A stretch of DNA of 59,217 bases from a virus. Taxonomy: Duplodnaviria; Caudoviricetes. Below are positions 35,604 through 46,860 of the stretch, piece by piece. The position numbers were made by a program, and so were the translations under genes. The notes below the pieces were generated by a model that saw only the letters and a program-made list of their open reading frames with translations, ran no database searches and was not told the origin of the DNA. Position 1 is the first letter of the stretch; every line of letters starts with the position of its first letter. The DNA lies in the IMG/VR virus record IMGVR_UViG_3300021088_000013, positions 1-59,217 of that record; one strand, given 5' to 3'.

Positions 35604-37975
35604 TGATCTTGAGCCAACCACTGATTTATTGATGCAGGAGTTCCCTGAATAAGGGCTGAGGAAGTGGCGTAGCCACCCCAACCCCAACATCTATTCGAAC
35701 TACCAAATGGGGACATATGTGCAGTGTCATCGAAATTAGCGAGAGTTAGATCATTGAGCTTCAAAATAAAATTCCACGGGTCGGTAGTCGCCTTATTTCC
35801 ACAGTAGAAGGTAAGTACAGCACCTTGTCCAGGAACGGTACAGGTCCCGGTCCATAACCAGTTATACCCTCCAGAGGTCGCATACCCTATAGCTGCTGAA
35901 CCATCTGAGCCTATTCTAGCCACGGAGTAGCTCGTCAAAGACGAATTAGAACGCCCAACCAGGTCAACGTACGTCGGTAAAGGAACACCTCCGGGGTCGA
36001 CAGCGCCCCGGAGTGTTGAGTTAAGAACTAACTGTATGACCTGATAGTCAGTTGTACTTACAGAATCGGTACCGGTCCAAATGAACTCGTATGTGACCGG
36101 GCCAGGTGCCGGTTGTGCTACCCAATATGCTTCAGACCCGTTGGCCGCATAGTAGTTACCAGGGTCGAATCCGGGCGGGAATATTGTAGTACCAGGAGGC
36201 GAATAAAACCCGGCAGCCCAATTCGAACTACCACCAGGGCCAAGCATGATCCCGACCCAGTTGAAGTCATCTCCAGCAACAGCTCCCGTATTACCCTCCG
36301 CGGCTAATGCGGCTACTTTGGCATTCACTGAGGCTAAGGAGTTCGCCGTATTCGCTAGAGCAACAGCGGCGGCATTCTGCGTAAAACCGGTTCCAGATGA
36401 CCCGTATAGTTGCGTTACAATATTATCAACTGTCTGACCAACTCCTGGTACACATTCAGAAGCGATAAGATCGGTTTTAAGCATTTCTCCGTCATCGAAG
36501 AATACGATCCCCGCAGTTACGGTGTCGTATACACGGAACCGCAGCCGAAGCTGATCTACACCAGCAGGTACTGTGAACTCTCCTGCAACCCCTAACCATA
36601 TATGCCCATCAGCACCGGTGTTGGAATTAGTCGTACCAGCTGTTGGTCCTGTAGTTGGCGGTGAAATTACCGTGGCAACATCATAACCACCAACATCTAA
36701 ATATGTTATACCTTCTGCAGTAATGCATTGCCTATACATTTGAACACCAACAGCTATGGGAATAGTTCCAGTGTAAGTTAATCCAGACCATCTAATCTCA
36801 GCAGCAATTTCTATGCTTTCGCCCACTAGGACAGGTATTTCACAGGAAACCATATCATCCTGAGTTCCGTTACATACACATTTAGCAGCTCCGAGGGCAG
36901 CTGATCCCGCAGTACCTACCCAAGACCAACTACCATCGGACATTACTGTAGAGGCTGTGGCAAAATCATCAGACACTAACAAATTTTGATTAAGTAGATT
37001 AACTGATTGTGCAGTAGTCAATGACACATGTCCGACATGCTGGGAATTATTCACTGATGTTGAGTGACCTAATCCAGATACAGCATCTACTCCGATATTT
37101 CCGGAAGATCCTATAACGGATTGAATGGTTCCTATATATGGGCTAGATGTAATTGCATCGGCTATTGTTTGAGCAGCATCTATAATATCGGTTGGGCTTA
37201 CACTTGTCCCGAACGGGCCCCCGAAGTTATTTGCAATAGCATCTGTTAACGCTCCAGTGAACTCCGCTGTGCCAACTCCTCCAAGATTACATATACCACA
37301 CAATGAGGTAATAGAGTACATGGTATTTGCAAAAGCCTGACCACCATTGATAGCATCTATCGCAACATTCCCAGAAACTCCATTAGTTGCTTGCCCAAGT
37401 CCTACAATCCCGCTAGCCATAGCGGAGTTGTTGTATGCATTGGATAACTGGGTAGCATTAGCCTGAACTTGTGTAGGCGTTAAATTGGCTGGAGAATTAG
37501 CTGTGCCACATCCGCAATTAAGAATATTATAAACGCTAGTAGCTAGTGCCTTAGTGCCATTGATTGCATCAAGTGCAGAATTACCTGTTGGTGCACCAGG
37601 GGCCATAGCCATGGTCCCCGCGGCTATGGGAGTGGCATTTACTGAATTGGAAACATCAGTAGCACCAGAAACAATAGATTGCGGTGTGGTATTAACACCG
37701 GCACCCCCAGCAAGCCCACACAACGTATCAGTAAACCCCTGCGTGCCGGGGACCAGCGCGCCGGCCGGCCCATTGACGGCTGGGTTACCATTAGCCATCA
37801 AACCGTTAGTCATCGAAGATCCGCTTAACAGTCCACCACACACACCACTCAGTTGGGTTGTGTCAGGAAAGTTGACCTGCTGGGCTGTGGTGTACACCGC
37901 GGACTGGCTGATAGCAGACGTAAACGCTGATACTGACTGCGCCCAATGTGGAGTGCCACCCTGTGGGACTGTCAT
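35600..37975 (-). CDS. large minor tail protein (putative receptor binding)
   Basis: Helical repeats, carbohydrate-binding-like middle region, C-terminal beta domain. Confidence 0.75.
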   Translation of the reverse strand: MTVPQGGTPHWAQSVSAFTSAISQSAVYTTAQQVNFPDTTQLSGVCGGLLSGSSMTNGLMANGNPAVNGPAGALVPGTQGFTDTLCGLAGGAGVNTTPQSIVSGATDVSNSVNATPIAAGTMAMAPGAPTGNSALDAINGTKALATSVYNILNCGCGTANSPANLTPTQVQANATQLSNAYNNSAMASGIVGLGQATNGVSGNVAIDAINGGQAFANTMYSITSLCGICNLGGVGTAEFTGALTDAIANNFGGPFGTSVSPTDIIDAAQTIADAITSSPYIGTIQSVIGSSGNIGVDAVSGLGHSTSVNNSQHVGHVSLTTAQSVNLLNQNLLVSDDFATASTVMSDGSWSWVGTAGSAALGAAKCVCNGTQDDMVSCEIPVLVGESIEIAAEIRWSGLTYTGTIPIAVGVQMYRQCITAEGITYLDVGGYDVATVISPPTTGPTAGTTNSNTGADGHIWLGVAGEFTVPAGVDQLRLRFRVYDTVTAGIVFFDDGEMLKTDLIASECVPGVGQTVDNIVTQLYGSSGTGFTQNAAAVALANTANSLASVNAKVAALAAEGNTGAVAGDDFNWVGIMLGPGGSSNWAAGFYSPPGTTIFPPGFDPGNYYAANGSEAYWVAQPAPGPVTYEFIWTGTDSVSTTDYQVIQLVLNSTLRGAVDPGGVPLPTYVDLVGRSNSSLTSYSVARIGSDGSAAIGYATSGGYNWLWTGTCTVPGQGAVLTFYCGNKATTDPWNFILKLNDLTLANFDDTAHMSPFGSSNRCWGWGGYATSSALIQGTPASINQWLAQDQ

Positions 37976-38856
37976 GACGCCGGCTGCATCCCAGTCCCAG
38001 GTATCGGGCAAACCCGAACACAGAACTGACTACTCGCAGCGGACGTGGTGAACGTGTTCGTACCGCTCGATCGTTCAGCGTTGAAGTAGATCACCGCGCT
38101 AGCTCCTGCATACACCCGGTCATAAGAATCAGTAGAGCCAGCAGGTGGCCCCGAAGACATCACATTTTGGTAAGGACCAGCGCCGGCCAACCCGATACCC
38201 TGACCAACTACATTACCGGAAGACTGATTGTTCAGCCGCGCCACTAGGTCAACAGCTACGTTAGAACCCCCGCTGGCGGTTACTACGGCTTGCCCCTCGA
38301 TCTGCGGCCGCCAATCGAAATTCTGTGCTGGAATCGCTACAGCGCAAAGGTTATAGGTCGGGTTACCGGCAGGGGCGGAGTTGATGGTGGCCGGGATATA
38401 ACGGTCGCCGCATAGGGGGGCTTGGTAAACGAACCCCCCATCAGATGCGTTATACACCAATCCGAAGCCAGTTTGAGGGGTTCCGTACGCGGTAGGATCC
38501 AATGTACTGGTGCCATCGACCCCGGGTGGTCCTGCATGAATTGTCAACGACGCCTGATAATTAGGACCACCTGATCCGTTAGTACCCAGAAGTGTTAACG
38601 ACGCAGAATCATTCGAGGGGTCCGTGTAGTCCAAGACGTGCAGATTAATGGTGGAATCAAAAGACGGAGGCGGTCCGGGTGCCCCCCGGACCAGTGCGGG
38701 GAAGTTTCCGAAGCCTCCAGATGGCACACCCACAGCGATAAATAATCCGCTGCTCGGATCCCAATCTAATGGTATTCTGAGCAGCGCAGTATTTATCTCA
38801 AGGTATTGAATGCCGTTTATTGTTACTTGCTGCCAAGTGACTACTGGTGAGCTCAT
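37972..38856 (-). CDS. minor tail protein
   Basis: GAPGPP; IPAQNFDWRP motif of mycobacteriophage minor tail proteins. Confidence 0.8.
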   Translation of the reverse strand: MSSPVVTWQQVTINGIQYLEINTALLRIPLDWDPSSGLFIAVGVPSGGFGNFPALVRGAPGPPPSFDSTINLHVLDYTDPSNDSASLTLLGTNGSGGPNYQASLTIHAGPPGVDGTSTLDPTAYGTPQTGFGLVYNASDGGFVYQAPLCGDRYIPATINSAPAGNPTYNLCAVAIPAQNFDWRPQIEGQAVVTASGGSNVAVDLVARLNNQSSGNVVGQGIGLAGAGPYQNVMSSGPPAGSTDSYDRVYAGASAVIYFNAERSSGTNTFTTSAASSQFCVRVCPIPGTGMQPAS

Positions 38857-38871
38857 ATAAGACCCATTTCC

Positions 38872-40617
38872 TTATCCACTCTGCGGTGCAAGGGTCAGCA
38901 CGTTTAATGCTTCCAAAGCTCCAGATATGTTACGTTGATGCTTTGCCAATGGCGATTCTATTGCTTTGCCATCACCTATTTGGAGCATAAGATCACGCGT
39001 ATCAGCATCTATCTTCCATGATACAGCGTCTAGGAAATCTGTGTAAAGCTGTGTACGACCAAGGTACGCAATTGATATAAGCTGCCCACGGAATATATCT
39101 TTCCCGAGAGTGTAGTTTACACCGTTACGTATAGTAGCCTGAACACATACCCAACCTCGTGCATCCCAAAACGCATTGATGAAGTCAAATATGGTTTCAA
39201 TATTATATGGTGCCGAAGCGGTAGCGTGAAATACCTCAATAGCCGGATGATATGGACCTACTGCGCTTCTGCGTGAAAATGACTCCCACAATTGAAACGC
39301 TAAGAAAGCGTTATTAAGAAATCCTGCTAAAAGATCGTTTGGCACTCCTGATATACCGATAAGAATCGATATAGCGTCTACAATCCATTCAAAGAAAATG
39401 TTTATCAAATCATTAAGCCACTGCGGGGAACGGCCACCAATAATATGCTGCCAACCCTTGGGTGTATGGGCAACAATTTTACAGGTGTCAACAGACCCGC
39501 GCTGCCCCGGCTCCGGGGCGATCAGGAGAACCCAGGGAGGAACCCAGTTAACACCAAGGGCCGGAGCAATATAGAACCCCTGAGGCAGCCCTTTGACCTC
39601 TTGAAATCCCTCAATCAACGGAGCTACTTCGTTACCAAGAATTGACCCAGCCACATCAACTACGGTCTTTATTATCGAGTCAAGAACAGTATGAGTTGGA
39701 CCAGTAATCTGAGATCGGTCTACAACAGTTATGACATATGTAGGCTGAATTAATGTAGTCCATACGTTAGCTGGCTGAGGATCTCCAGGAAGCCATAAAT
39801 CTACACGAACATCAATTCCCGTAGCACGAACCATATCCTTAATTACTGACCCGCATGTTTCCATTCGAACGGTACGCATTACGAGAAGACTTGCATCTGT
39901 TAACGGATTAGTTAGGGCCACTACTATTGGACAATTCAGCATATCGTAAAGATTACCACCAGAAATCAGTAGTGATCCGAACCATGCTGCTATATCTGGA
40001 TCCAATGACAAAGCATTATTTATAAACTCATTAAGACCAAGCTGTATACGCAGAGCTTGCTCTAAAATCAAAGCCTCAATAACAGAACATAATGGCCCAA
40101 GGCAAATAGCGTAACTGAGTGGGAACTGAGCCTGAATTGGCATAAACCAATCTGGCCATACAAGTAAATAATTCAGTATATCCCAAATGCCAAGTAGATT
40201 TGCAGTACCAATCCATTCACCCTGCTTGAATTCTAGTTCAAAGGTATCTACATAAAAGGCGAATCTCAATCCTTCAGTCTCTACTGTAACGCCAACCATT
40301 GTATTCTGACAGTTCAGTAATACGGGAATACTTGGATCGTCACCCATCACCTTAAGCGTACAGTTGGCAAGATTATTACGTGGATCAATACCGCTACATT
40401 CAATAAACTTTCCTACTATACCGATTTGCTTCCACATTTTGTCATAGATCGTTACACGCCATCCGTCTACCGTTCCACCAGTAACAACCTGCTGCTGCTT
40501 TTTTGTAAGCGCCTCGGCAGCCTCAACAGCGGTACCGGCATCCCCCTGCCAAAGCGCTTGATTTAACTGATTAAGGTCCCATCCATTAGGAATAGCACCA
40601 CCATCAGGAGAACTCAC
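38872..40617 (-). CDS. minor tail protein (baseplate hub, Gp37-like)
   Basis: IYDKMW...WPDWFMPIQAQ...GGRSPQWLN...QIGDG. Confidence 0.85.
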   Translation of the reverse strand: MSSPDGGAIPNGWDLNQLNQALWQGDAGTAVEAAEALTKKQQQVVTGGTVDGWRVTIYDKMWKQIGIVGKFIECSGIDPRNNLANCTLKVMGDDPSIPVLLNCQNTMVGVTVETEGLRFAFYVDTFELEFKQGEWIGTANLLGIWDILNYLLVWPDWFMPIQAQFPLSYAICLGPLCSVIEALILEQALRIQLGLNEFINNALSLDPDIAAWFGSLLISGGNLYDMLNCPIVVALTNPLTDASLLVMRTVRMETCGSVIKDMVRATGIDVRVDLWLPGDPQPANVWTTLIQPTYVITVVDRSQITGPTHTVLDSIIKTVVDVAGSILGNEVAPLIEGFQEVKGLPQGFYIAPALGVNWVPPWVLLIAPEPGQRGSVDTCKIVAHTPKGWQHIIGGRSPQWLNDLINIFFEWIVDAISILIGISGVPNDLLAGFLNNAFLAFQLWESFSRRSAVGPYHPAIEVFHATASAPYNIETIFDFINAFWDARGWVCVQATIRNGVNYTLGKDIFRGQLISIAYLGRTQLYTDFLDAVSWKIDADTRDLMLQIGDGKAIESPLAKHQRNISGALEALNVLTLAPQSG

Positions 40618-42377
40618 TGCGGAAACCTACGATAAGGAATACCCCCGGCGAGGATAGCCGTAGTTGGACCACCACCCTCTACCGCTATCGCGATCTGCTG
40701 CGGCGCTGCTACGCTACCAGGCAGTTTAGCTGGGATAGGTTTTGAAAACCTACCAGATAACAGTGAATATGGATTACCCTGCGGAAAGGGGGTTCCAAAA
40801 ACACTCAGGTTAGGTGCCGGAGATCCTGCCGACAGGAATGCATTGTACTCAGCCAAGGCTGCTGAAAGCTGACTAATGAACTGACTTGGCGCCGGGGTTC
40901 CAGGTGGCGGCATAGAGGTCAAATCAACTACACCATACAGATTTGGGTCACTATTTATGAACACAACCTGGTTTTGCTGCAATGGTCCATAGGTTACCGC
41001 CTGCGTGGCGTTCGGTCCATCGCCGATACCGAATAGACCAGGTCCGACCAGTATAAAGAATGGCCACATATCTTGATCCCCAACATTGTACAAGGTGAGA
41101 TATCCGGATTCCTCAGCAGCGGAAGAGTCACCAGCTGTCCAGTTCATGATAGCTGGAACTGTGTTTATTCCATCAGATTCCATTCCGAAACCAGACCCAC
41201 GGTAGGCTGATCCCACATGTGAACCGTCACCGGCGGAGTTGATAACAGTCATTAGCGTGGTCCATGTGACGTTGTTTAGGCCAACTCCTGGGTTTGTGCC
41301 ACGGGAAACAAAGTACGAATGCAAGGCACCTGAGTACCCACCAGCTGCAACCGCTATTTGATCACCAGGCTCAAATGGAACTGTGACATTTGTTTGACGC
41401 ATTAGCGTCTCAACGCCACCTACAAAGTACGATAACCTAACGAAGCTGGCTGGCTGATTTTCACATATTGATGGATCTGGCGGTATATACCCAAGCCGGC
41501 AACGTATGCCATCAGTTCCAGGACTCCCACTGTTATTCATACGTAGCCAGATATCAATGTAAGTGTCATCAGCCGCTGGCCACGTATCACGCGCCCCAAG
41601 AGTGATTGTAACAATCTGCTCATCAGTTTGCGACACATAACCAGTTCTACGGGCTACGGCTATACGACCCTCATTCAAAGTGCTTGTAGCTGAATTTCCA
41701 TTAGCATACAAATATCCTGAACCTGCACCGTTATAAGCGATCGTCCAATTACTTCCGAGGTTTTGATTGACGAGAGTGTCGTAGTTGAAAGTATCACTTG
41801 CTGAAAGGTATGAGAAGGAAAAAACATCGGTAGTTGGAAAGCTGCGCCAAAATCCACAATCCACACTACCAACCATGGTTAACTTTTGGCGCGTGAAGTT
41901 ACCTCCTATAAATGGATCTATCGGATTCTTTTCCCATCGGGGTTGCGCCCACCAATATCCCATCTCCGGGGTAAACCAGGATAATGTTCCCGGCTGCTTA
42001 GCATCCCAAGAGTCAAGCCACGCACGCAGCACTTTACGTGTCTCAACCGGATTTCGCCCCCTGATCATAACCGTAATATCAATATCAATAGGATCATAAA
42101 GACTTGTAACATATGTAGCACCATCCTGGGTGGCACCCTTTTGACGAATATTCTTCCAAGGTGGAATAAGGCCCTTTATGTCCAATACACGTACGGATTC
42201 AGGTGTTGTTGGATCTGGAATACTTGGAGGCCCCATCAAGTCAAACAGTACTGCATCATCATAGGATCGGTAACGAACAATTGGACGATCCCCAGCCAGT
42301 AAATGACACGCCCCGGCCGGGGTTAGCGGGTTCGATGGGAATCGCTGCCGAATAGTCGGACCAGTGGGGTTAGTCAT
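40614..42377 (-). CDS. minor tail protein (distal tail-like)
   Basis: KGLIPPWK..QKGATQDGAT; directly after the tape measure gene. Confidence 0.85.
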   Translation of the reverse strand: MTNPTGPTIRQRFPSNPLTPAGACHLLAGDRPIVRYRSYDDAVLFDLMGPPSIPDPTTPESVRVLDIKGLIPPWKNIRQKGATQDGATYVTSLYDPIDIDITVMIRGRNPVETRKVLRAWLDSWDAKQPGTLSWFTPEMGYWWAQPRWEKNPIDPFIGGNFTRQKLTMVGSVDCGFWRSFPTTDVFSFSYLSASDTFNYDTLVNQNLGSNWTIAYNGAGSGYLYANGNSATSTLNEGRIAVARRTGYVSQTDEQIVTITLGARDTWPAADDTYIDIWLRMNNSGSPGTDGIRCRLGYIPPDPSICENQPASFVRLSYFVGGVETLMRQTNVTVPFEPGDQIAVAAGGYSGALHSYFVSRGTNPGVGLNNVTWTTLMTVINSAGDGSHVGSAYRGSGFGMESDGINTVPAIMNWTAGDSSAAEESGYLTLYNVGDQDMWPFFILVGPGLFGIGDGPNATQAVTYGPLQQNQVVFINSDPNLYGVVDLTSMPPPGTPAPSQFISQLSAALAEYNAFLSAGSPAPNLSVFGTPFPQGNPYSLLSGRFSKPIPAKLPGSVAAPQQIAIAVEGGGPTTAILAGGIPYRRFPQ

Positions 42378-45300
42378 TAACGACTACCTGTTAAAGGAGA
42401 TGGGCTATTCATCGGAAAATGCCTAGCTAGGTCCTGACCTGCACGGTCCTCTGTCGAGGACACATGGTAATTCTCAATATGCACTAGCGGAGAACTGGGG
42501 GAACTTGGACCCCCGGGTCCTGGCGCCCCTCCTTGACCAACCTGCTGAGCACTCTGTGAGGCAGATGCTGCCTGCTCAGGAGTCAAACTACCCCCCTGGT
42601 GGGTTTGGCCTGCCATGTTTGGCAGCTGCGGCTGAGCACCAGTAATGCCGCCGACAATCTTATCCACCCAACCACTTTGCGCCAATTTCGATTGAGCAAA
42701 CTGTCCCGGACCGAAAGTCTGCAGCAGACCGCCGACACCTGCACCGATAGCCTTGCCACCCGCCCCGATGGCGGCGTTCATTTCCTGTATTCCGATACCA
42801 ATTAGAGCTGATGTAATTGATCCCGCCGGTGAACCTCCGGCTGATCCGCCTCCTCCTGGCGCTGAACCACCAGGAGCACCCCCGGCTGGCGGCAGTGAAG
42901 GTGGCATAGCTGGCGAAGCACCACCCGGCATACCACCCATAAGCTGATCTACTGCACCACCTTCAGCGGCTGCTGCAGCAGCCGCTATCGCCATAGATGC
43001 CGCCGTACTAGGGATCGACTCCGCCACCCCGATCAAACCACCACCAGTGATGGCAAAGCCTCCTCCATAGCCTGTTTGTGGGGCTATTGTGCCGATCATT
43101 GAAGGTCCCGGCTCATGACCACCTTGAACAACTTTTGGCATCTGAGACAACAGGCCAGGAGGCATTATCTCCGGTGCTCCAGATTTAGGGATAGGTGATT
43201 GGGGCCCGGATTTGTCAGATGACGCATCCGACAAATACTGCATGGTTGGACTTTGATGCAGGCTAGCACGCATCGCATACACACCATCATGACCGCCAAG
43301 CGCGTCGACATCACTCTTGGTGAGAACATGCTCACCCTCATGAGCGAGAATCGGTATAGGGCCCTGACCCTTAATGTCGCCACCAGCGGCGAATCCCGGC
43401 ATCTGCATCGGAAGGTAGGCGTGCATCGGGAACTGTGGACTGTTCGCACCGGCAGCGCCTGGGCCAAGCGTAAATGCATTGTTATTGCCACCCTGCTCAG
43501 CGTTTATTCCACCAGGTAGTGTCGCTGCAGTATGGCCGGCATTACCAGGTGCTGGATTCCAACCAACCTGGAAAGCCTGAACCCCTGGCGGGGGCGAGCC
43601 CGGCTGGAAACCGTGCGATTGCAGCCATGCACCCTCTGTCGGGGTAGCAAAATCTACAGAGGGGGGAAGACCAAGAGCGACATTAGCAAGCTTGCTAACC
43701 ATGCCGGAACAATCGTTACGGAGCGCCTGACTATACGGTGTTCCGACTAGTGATCTAGCAAATGCGTATAAGGCCCCTACCCTACCGCCTGCGGCGTGTA
43801 AATCAGCAGCGTTGGTAACGCTGCCTGGGTAGGAAATACTGGGAATAGTCTCACTTCCGGAACCGGCTGTCTGCCCTTCAGCTTGCTGCTGCATTAAGCC
43901 CTGGGCTGAAAGCTGCGGGCCGAACGCTCCGCCCAGGGCGGCTGCTCCTACCAGTCCTTTAGCCCCGAATGTTGGCCCTCCCTGAGTTTGCGAATACGCA
44001 TTAGCTGCTCCGGTGATTGGAGCCGCAGCAAGATTCGCAAGGAACTTAAACAGGTTTTCAGCAATACCTGGCAAGCCCTTACTAGCTCCGAAGTCTTGAT
44101 CTATCTTCGCGCCGAGCTGCTCAAATCCCTCAGCGGACTCACGCATCTTACTTTGATGCGTTTCAGTTGATCGAGACTCCTCCTCCTGTAGACGTGCACG
44201 AGCTTCCTGTTCACGCCTAATATCCTCGTCAAGCTTGTTACGAGCTTTTTGTATTTCCTCAGCCGTAGCGGTATTAGTCTTCTCAAGCTGATTTAGTCGA
44301 GCCTGATCTTCAGCGACCTTATGCTCAGCCTCCATGACATTGCCACGAACAGCATAGTGCTGCTCCGATTCACCGAGTTGCAACGGGGCTCTGTAACCCG
44401 GACCGTAAGGCACCTCAGGAGCTTCCGGCAAGCGCGATCCCCTTGATCCTGTTGCACCTTTACCGCCCGGGCCAAGTGAATCCAGGAATGCCTGAGCATC
44501 ACCATTACCGCCACCCGGAGTTGGCACTCCAGCAGTTGCAGGAACTCCAGGAGTCCCTCCAGCAACGTACCCCTGTCCGGGCACCCAATTGTAAGTTGGC
44601 ATTCCAGGGCCCGGAGCCCAAGGTGGCGGAGCTCCCGCAGGAGCATTAGGCGCGACTGGCGTAGTAGGAGATGACCCAGGAGCGTTATAGTAGGGCGCCA
44701 TACCAGACGGCATTGGACCCTTACCTTCAAGCCACTGTTGGTACCCGGGTGGCACCTGTCCGCCGTGCGCATCGGCGTACTTCTGACTTGCTTGATGCTT
44801 CGCTGTGATTTCATCGCGCGGCGCATTCGGGGCGCCTGGGGTAGTCCCCATTGTGGCACCAGGAGCACTTCCCTTCGAATTCCACAAAGCTGCAGCCGTA
44901 GCCAGTGCTGTGAACGCGGCTACGGCTGGTGCTAGCCCTGCAGCGATGCCAGCACCAGCTGTAGCCGCTTCTGCCGGCATCGCTGTAAGCAGAGTTGTTA
45001 CAGTTCGTAAACCTGTGATAAGTGCCGTGATACCCTCAATAGTTTTCCATGCCGCGAAAGCACCGGCTACGGCGTAGATAAGCGCAGGATGCCGCCCCAG
45101 AAACGCCGCCACATCACCTAGTTCTTTAACAACAATTCCAATAACATTTATCGCATTTTGGAAGAAATTACGTAGGTCGTCCTTATGAGCGTCTACCCAA
45201 CCAACGAGAAGCTCCATCTGTTTACCTACAACGTCTACGGCACTCTGTCCTGGAGGGGCAAGAGCAGAAGAGATCTTATTACGAATCTCATCCCAATAAT

Positions 45301-46468
45301 TACCCAGAGTCTTTGTACGCTTAGCTACATCATCGATATCAGATCCCTGGGCTCGCCAGGCATTCCCGCCAGCCTTGAGAATATCCATATAGGAGTTTAA
45401 TATCGCCTGAGCTTGAGGCCAGTTACGCGTCCCAAACACCTTTTCCATTAGGGCCTGAGCATCGGCCTGATCACCAACATTAATGAAGGACTGTATAGCA
45501 CCAGATGCTCCCATTAGGAATTGCTGTAAAGTTTCTCCGCGTTTGGCGGCATCTTCTTCAGCATGTGCAAAACCGGTCATTGAACGAGTCGCCCCACCCG
45601 GGCCTAGTATTTCATCCATCTTACCAATCAAGCGCACCGATTGCTCAATGTTAAGACCGGCTTGCTGTAATGTTTCACCGAATTGTTGAGTAGTCGTCAA
45701 CAGCTGGTTCAATGGAACAGCAGTCGCCATAGAAGTATTCATAATCGATGCTAATGTTGCATCCGCATCCCTACCAGCTACGCCAAACTGAACGAAATCG
45801 CCGGTGAGAGTACGAATATCTAAACCGCCGAAACGGTCCCGCAGCTCTTCGACGTGCTTGGTTAACGTGGTTAATGCAGGATCTCCACCCACTAACTGCA
45901 GTCGGTTAGAGAGAACCCCAAGATCGGAACCTATCGACTTTACGCTGGTATCTACACCTGCCATAACCTGTCGCGCTTGCGCATTGAGCGCCTCTAATGC
46001 AGGCCCGGCAGCCCCGGTAGAAGTTACTATCGCCCTGTTAATTCCCTCGAACTGCTCACCAATACCAGCGAGTGCAGCGAACGTGCCTGCAGCGAGACCC
46101 GTAATAGCCCCTAACGCAACAGCCGCCCCCCGACCGATCGAAGAAAAGTATCGATCATGAGCTGCCGACAGGCTAGCAACTGACCGTTCGGTCTCCTGTT
46201 GAGCCAAAGTGACATTTCGCTGCGCTTGCGCCATGGCGATAGCATTATCTTTATGAAGCATCGTAGTTCTAACTAGCTTCATTTGAGCTATTTCTAAACG
46301 ATCAGCGGAAAGCGCTGCAGCCTTTTGTGCTTCGTCGATACCCTTCATCGCCGAAGTAGCACCACCTGCAGTATTCCCCACCTCTGACAACCGAGACGAT
46401 AGAGTACGCGCCGCAGCTGCAAGCGAGCGCTCATCTAAGCTTGTCAGAACGTCTATAGTTATTGCCAT
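42377..46468 (-). CDS. tape measure protein with NlpC/P60-like domain
   Basis: Longest ORF, follows the chaperones; GTPY...DCSG...GHTAATL motif. Confidence 0.92.
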   Translation of the reverse strand: MAITIDVLTSLDERSLAAAARTLSSRLSEVGNTAGGATSAMKGIDEAQKAAALSADRLEIAQMKLVRTTMLHKDNAIAMAQAQRNVTLAQQETERSVASLSAAHDRYFSSIGRGAAVALGAITGLAAGTFAALAGIGEQFEGINRAIVTSTGAAGPALEALNAQARQVMAGVDTSVKSIGSDLGVLSNRLQLVGGDPALTTLTKHVEELRDRFGGLDIRTLTGDFVQFGVAGRDADATLASIMNTSMATAVPLNQLLTTTQQFGETLQQAGLNIEQSVRLIGKMDEILGPGGATRSMTGFAHAEEDAAKRGETLQQFLMGASGAIQSFINVGDQADAQALMEKVFGTRNWPQAQAILNSYMDILKAGGNAWRAQGSDIDDVAKRTKTLGNYWDEIRNKISSALAPPGQSAVDVVGKQMELLVGWVDAHKDDLRNFFQNAINVIGIVVKELGDVAAFLGRHPALIYAVAGAFAAWKTIEGITALITGLRTVTTLLTAMPAEAATAGAGIAAGLAPAVAAFTALATAAALWNSKGSAPGATMGTTPGAPNAPRDEITAKHQASQKYADAHGGQVPPGYQQWLEGKGPMPSGMAPYYNAPGSSPTTPVAPNAPAGAPPPWAPGPGMPTYNWVPGQGYVAGGTPGVPATAGVPTPGGGNGDAQAFLDSLGPGGKGATGSRGSRLPEAPEVPYGPGYRAPLQLGESEQHYAVRGNVMEAEHKVAEDQARLNQLEKTNTATAEEIQKARNKLDEDIRREQEARARLQEEESRSTETHQSKMRESAEGFEQLGAKIDQDFGASKGLPGIAENLFKFLANLAAAPITGAANAYSQTQGGPTFGAKGLVGAAALGGAFGPQLSAQGLMQQQAEGQTAGSGSETIPSISYPGSVTNAADLHAAGGRVGALYAFARSLVGTPYSQALRNDCSGMVSKLANVALGLPPSVDFATPTEGAWLQSHGFQPGSPPPGVQAFQVGWNPAPGNAGHTAATLPGGINAEQGGNNNAFTLGPGAAGANSPQFPMHAYLPMQMPGFAAGGDIKGQGPIPILAHEGEHVLTKSDVDALGGHDGVYAMRASLHQSPTMQYLSDASSDKSGPQSPIPKSGAPEIMPPGLLSQMPKVVQGGHEPGPSMIGTIAPQTGYGGGFAITGGGLIGVAESIPSTAASMAIAAAAAAAEGGAVDQLMGGMPGGASPAMPPSLPPAGGAPGGSAPGGGGSAGGSPAGSITSALIGIGIQEMNAAIGAGGKAIGAGVGGLLQTFGPGQFAQSKLAQSGWVDKIVGGITGAQPQLPNMAGQTHQGGSLTPEQAASASQSAQQVGQGGAPGPGGPSSPSSPLVHIENYHVSSTEDRAGQDLARHFPMNSPSPLTGSR

Positions 46469-46860
46469 TAGGCTTTTCGGGATCCTATCTGGTCGATGGA
46501 CGCACCTGCTCGAGATCGAATTTCAGACTCCTGATTCAGTTTCTTGATCAGCCCGGGCGAAAAGAAGAACCGACTACCCCATTTATCACCTTCGAGATCA
46601 GGAGCCTGCACAGCTCTAACTACCGCGATCTCGTTGGCTATCTGCAGAATTGCTTTCCGATTATCGGAAGGCTCACCTTGACGTAGAGCCGTTTTAAACG
46701 CACCATCTTCATCCATATGCTCTAGAAACTCAAGTAGCTCAATGGACTTCATCTCACCGCTATGCCATTCACTTACCCGACGGTGGTGGAATCTGGACAA
46801 ATCAGACGATATCTGACTAGGGTACAAACACCAAATCGCCTGAGCCTCAATTACTTTTGG
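46468..46860 (-). CDS. tail assembly chaperone, frameshifted extension
   Basis: Lies in the +1 frame of the upstream TAC and is open across TCC AAA AGT; ORF-track start is a TTG. Confidence 0.7.
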   Translation of the reverse strand, partial: PKVIEAQAIWCLYPSQISSDLSRFHHRRVSEWHSGEMKSIELLEFLEHMDEDGAFKTALRQGEPSDNRKAILQIANEIAVVRAVQAPDLEGDKWGSRFFFSPGLIKKLNQESEIRSRAGASIDQIGSRKA